Assembly (NCBI RefSeq): GCF_009914755.1
Contig: NC_060928.1
Direction: 5' to 3' (one strand)
Source: the human T2T-CHM13v2.0 reference genome, Homo sapiens
DNA: 64,000 nucleotides
Numbering within the stretch: position 1 is the first letter of the stretch; every line of letters begins with the position of its first letter. Positions 61,467 through 64,000 of this stretch are shown here, in pieces. The translations under genes and the position numbers were made by a program. The notes under the pieces are model-generated. The model was not told where the DNA came from. It was given only the letters and a program-made list of their open reading frames with translations, and searched no databases.

Positions 61467-61610
61467 ATTGTCTCTATCTTATTCCTAAACGCACCTTCAT
61501 ACTTGGTTTTAAGATGTTTAAATCATAAGTAAAGGCTCATAACCTGTTGCAATTCATTCATTCAAGAAACTACTTACTGTGACAATGCTTTAACACAGTG
61601 AGGGGTCAAG

Positions 61611-61703
61611 GTAGAGAAATGAGCCGTAATATAGGCCTCGGCCGATGTGTAGGAAGAGGCAGATGAAGAATATTGAGGCGCCATTGGCGTGAAGGTAGCG
61701 GAT
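61611..61703 (-). pseudogene. NUMT: 93-bp nuclear copy of mitochondrial CYTB ([31 protein letters not shown] in the vertebrate mitochondrial code)
   Basis: Reverse complement reads atccgctaccttcacgccaatggcgcctcaatattcttcatctgcctcttcctacacatcggccgaggcctatattacggctcatttctctac, which is cytochrome b helix B with both heme-ligand histidines. Sharp edges. Confidence 0.96.
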
Positions 61704-61904
61704 TTCTTTGTAAATCAATTATTCACATTCCATAGAATTAAGTGAGACTTAACATTGCAGCTGTAGCAGCATCTGTCAGGCATTTTTTATAAATTTTGAA
61801 AGAACTACACCTTGCCCCATAAAATCATCCATCCTAGAGTTATGAATGAATGATAACAATAATTAAAATGTATATAGTGTCTTCAAGTTTGTTAAACAGT
61901 TTTC

Positions 61905-62128
61905 TATACATAATATGGTGGTTCCACAGTCTGATTCAAAATCCTGGCTACTATTTTATATTTCTGTGGCCTTTGGCAAGTTATTGAACTCCTCTGTTTA
62001 TCAGTTTCCTCATCTGTAAAATGGAAATAATAATAACTGTGTAATAGGTTTATTATAAGGATAAAACAATGCTTACACAATGTCCAGCACATAGTATGTG
62101 ATAAGAAGTTTTTGCTATTATTATTATC
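61905..62128 (+). mobile_element. MIR
   Basis: tcagtttcctcatctgtaaaatgg core and gctattattatt tail. Confidence 0.8.
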
Positions 62129-63082
62129 TCATTTGTGACTCACAAAAACTCTGTGAACTAGACAGGGGAGAGATTTGTATCCATGTTACATAGGTAAGAA
62201 AATTGAGGCAGAAAGCTTTCATTCTGCTTTTTTCTTCTGGATTCTATAATGTATCCATTTATAAAGGGAATAATTATTCATTTATATAGGAACAAAATTC
62301 AAAATTGAACTACTTAGTTTTGCTTACTTGTACAATAAAACAATGCTGGGAGTTATAATTTTTTTTTAAAAAAGTAAGCATTTTAAAACATTAGTCATTT
62401 AAAAATACGTATTGAGTCTCTACTATACAAAGGCACTTAGTGCTATAGAATGTTTTTAAAAAAAGAATTTGGAATTAGATCACATTTCACATATTTAGCC
62501 AAAATTTAACACATATAGAAATTATTTGTTTTTCATGCCAACAGTGGTAAAAATAAATTCTATAATGATGAGAGTATAAAAAATTACTTACTGGAGCAAC
62601 ATGTTCAATAAGGAAAGGATTTATTGTAAAATCCACTACCTCACTAGTAGTTTGTTTTAAATTTCACCACTCATGAAGGTGATGAGATCTCAGTAGACTT
62701 TCAGCCCTATGTAGTTTATTGGGAATCTCATTTAGTAATAGTTAAGATTTGAGTACGGGAGTAATGAATTCTAGGACTAACAGGGCAGGTCTGCATACCA
62801 AAGCCTGGATTACACCAGCTGGGTATTGTGGTCCTTAATGTATTTGTAAAAGGCTCATTTAAATAACGCTCTCTAATTCAGAATCCTCTAAACTTAAAAT
62901 CTATCATAAGTCAGAATCAAGTTGAGCAATTGTTTACCTTTTTACTCTCTGACTCTGCAAAGGAAGATTTTATGGAGAATAAGATCGTAAGGAAAGGCAT
63001 GTTCTACATACTCAAAAGGAAACATTTAAAATGAACTTCTAGTCTCCTTAAAATACACATAAAACATGTCATTTCTTTCTTT

Positions 63083-63268
63083 TAATAAATATACCTTTTA
63101 TATTCTAATAAATATACCTTCTAGGTATATTTAGTATATAAATGTATACCTAGGTATATATATTTATTAAAACCAGGTTCATTGATTTGAAAGATAAAAG
63201 GTATATTTATCTTTTATATTTATTATTAATTACTAAAAGATAAAAGGTATATTTATTATATACCTTTT
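63083..63268. repeat. AT-rich cluster of nested inverted repeats
   Basis: The motif aaatataccttt and its reverse complement recur several times. Confidence 0.8.
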
Positions 63269-63526
63269 GGGGAGACAAACATTCTGTCCATAAGATTGAT
63301 CTATAATTTTCATTTTCATATTGTCTTTGCTTTAAATATCTAGTTTCTACTTGATTCAAAACTACCTATCGGCATTTTCTATTTTCTCTAGAATATTTTG
63401 CATTTAATGGTGATTAATTGTTCCTTAAAAGTGTGATAAAACTTGTCTATAAAATTATCTGGGATTTTAAAATAAATTTTTAAAAGTAAGAATGATTTTT
63501 ATAGGTAGTTTTAAAACTACTGATTA

Positions 63527-63694
63527 TGATGGCAGCGGTGGCCCATCTGGAGATGCTGAGAAGATGCCAGCTGCAGTGCGGGAGGCATGGCCAGGGCTGC
63601 ATGCTCCACTGGCCGAAGTCGGTGGGAGCCGGGAACAGGTGGGAGCCCCACCCCCTTCTCAGCTGGCAGGGCAGGAGCCCTGCACTCCCGGGTG
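63527..63694 (+). mobile_element. MER52-like ERV1 LTR 5' fragment
   Basis: GC-rich island starting tgatggcagcggtggcccatctggag in an AT-rich background. Confidence 0.75.
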
Positions 63695-64000
63695 TGAAAG
63701 TATGTTTAGTTCATATTATTAAACATGGTTTCTTTCTGGGTAGGGGAATTTGGTATGATTTTTTCCTTCTTGCTTTATGCTTCCAGTTTTCTATATTGCT
63801 TAAATTAAATAGTAGATATATAATTCTGATAAATAATAAAATTATTATTTTTAAAAGAGCTTTTAAAATAAACTTAAAAATATGACCATCTTCTCCGCCA
63901 TAAGTCTGGCTTGTTTTTGGTGAGGGATGTGGGAGTCAGCACGAAAGGGAAATTGTAGTACATGGGTCAAAGCAAAGAGGAAAAGGGAGCAAGTAGACTC

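Noticed and set aside
63527-63694. GC-rich patch as a CpG-island promoter or coding exon (ORFs 63492, 63526)
   Set aside because: Matches a MER52-like LTR start; short, and no recognisable protein.

Overview
Primate (almost certainly human) genomic DNA. The window lies entirely inside CORIN (atrial natriuretic peptide-converting serine protease) on the minus strand. It holds two coding exons (52717-52924 and 33740-33921; exons 4 and 5 by my recollection of the gene model) that together encode the first Frizzled cysteine-rich domain. Everything else is intronic and dominated by transposon relics: Alus, long L1 relics that are almost all antisense to the gene, L2, MIR, CR1/L3, solo LTRs (MER11, LTR7, THE1D, MER50, MLT1) and hAT/Tigger DNA transposons. 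Nearly all other ORFs in the track are chance or repeat-derived. I found no new multi-gene system. The most notable small items are a 93-bp CYTB NUMT, a tailless 5' tRNA-Cys half with a target-site duplication, a locally templated inverted L1 copy inside a Tigger1 fragment, a stop-free 390-nt two-exon module, and two solo LTRs with regulatory potential. Repeat subfamily names come from memory of consensus sequences, and boundaries without TSDs are approximate.
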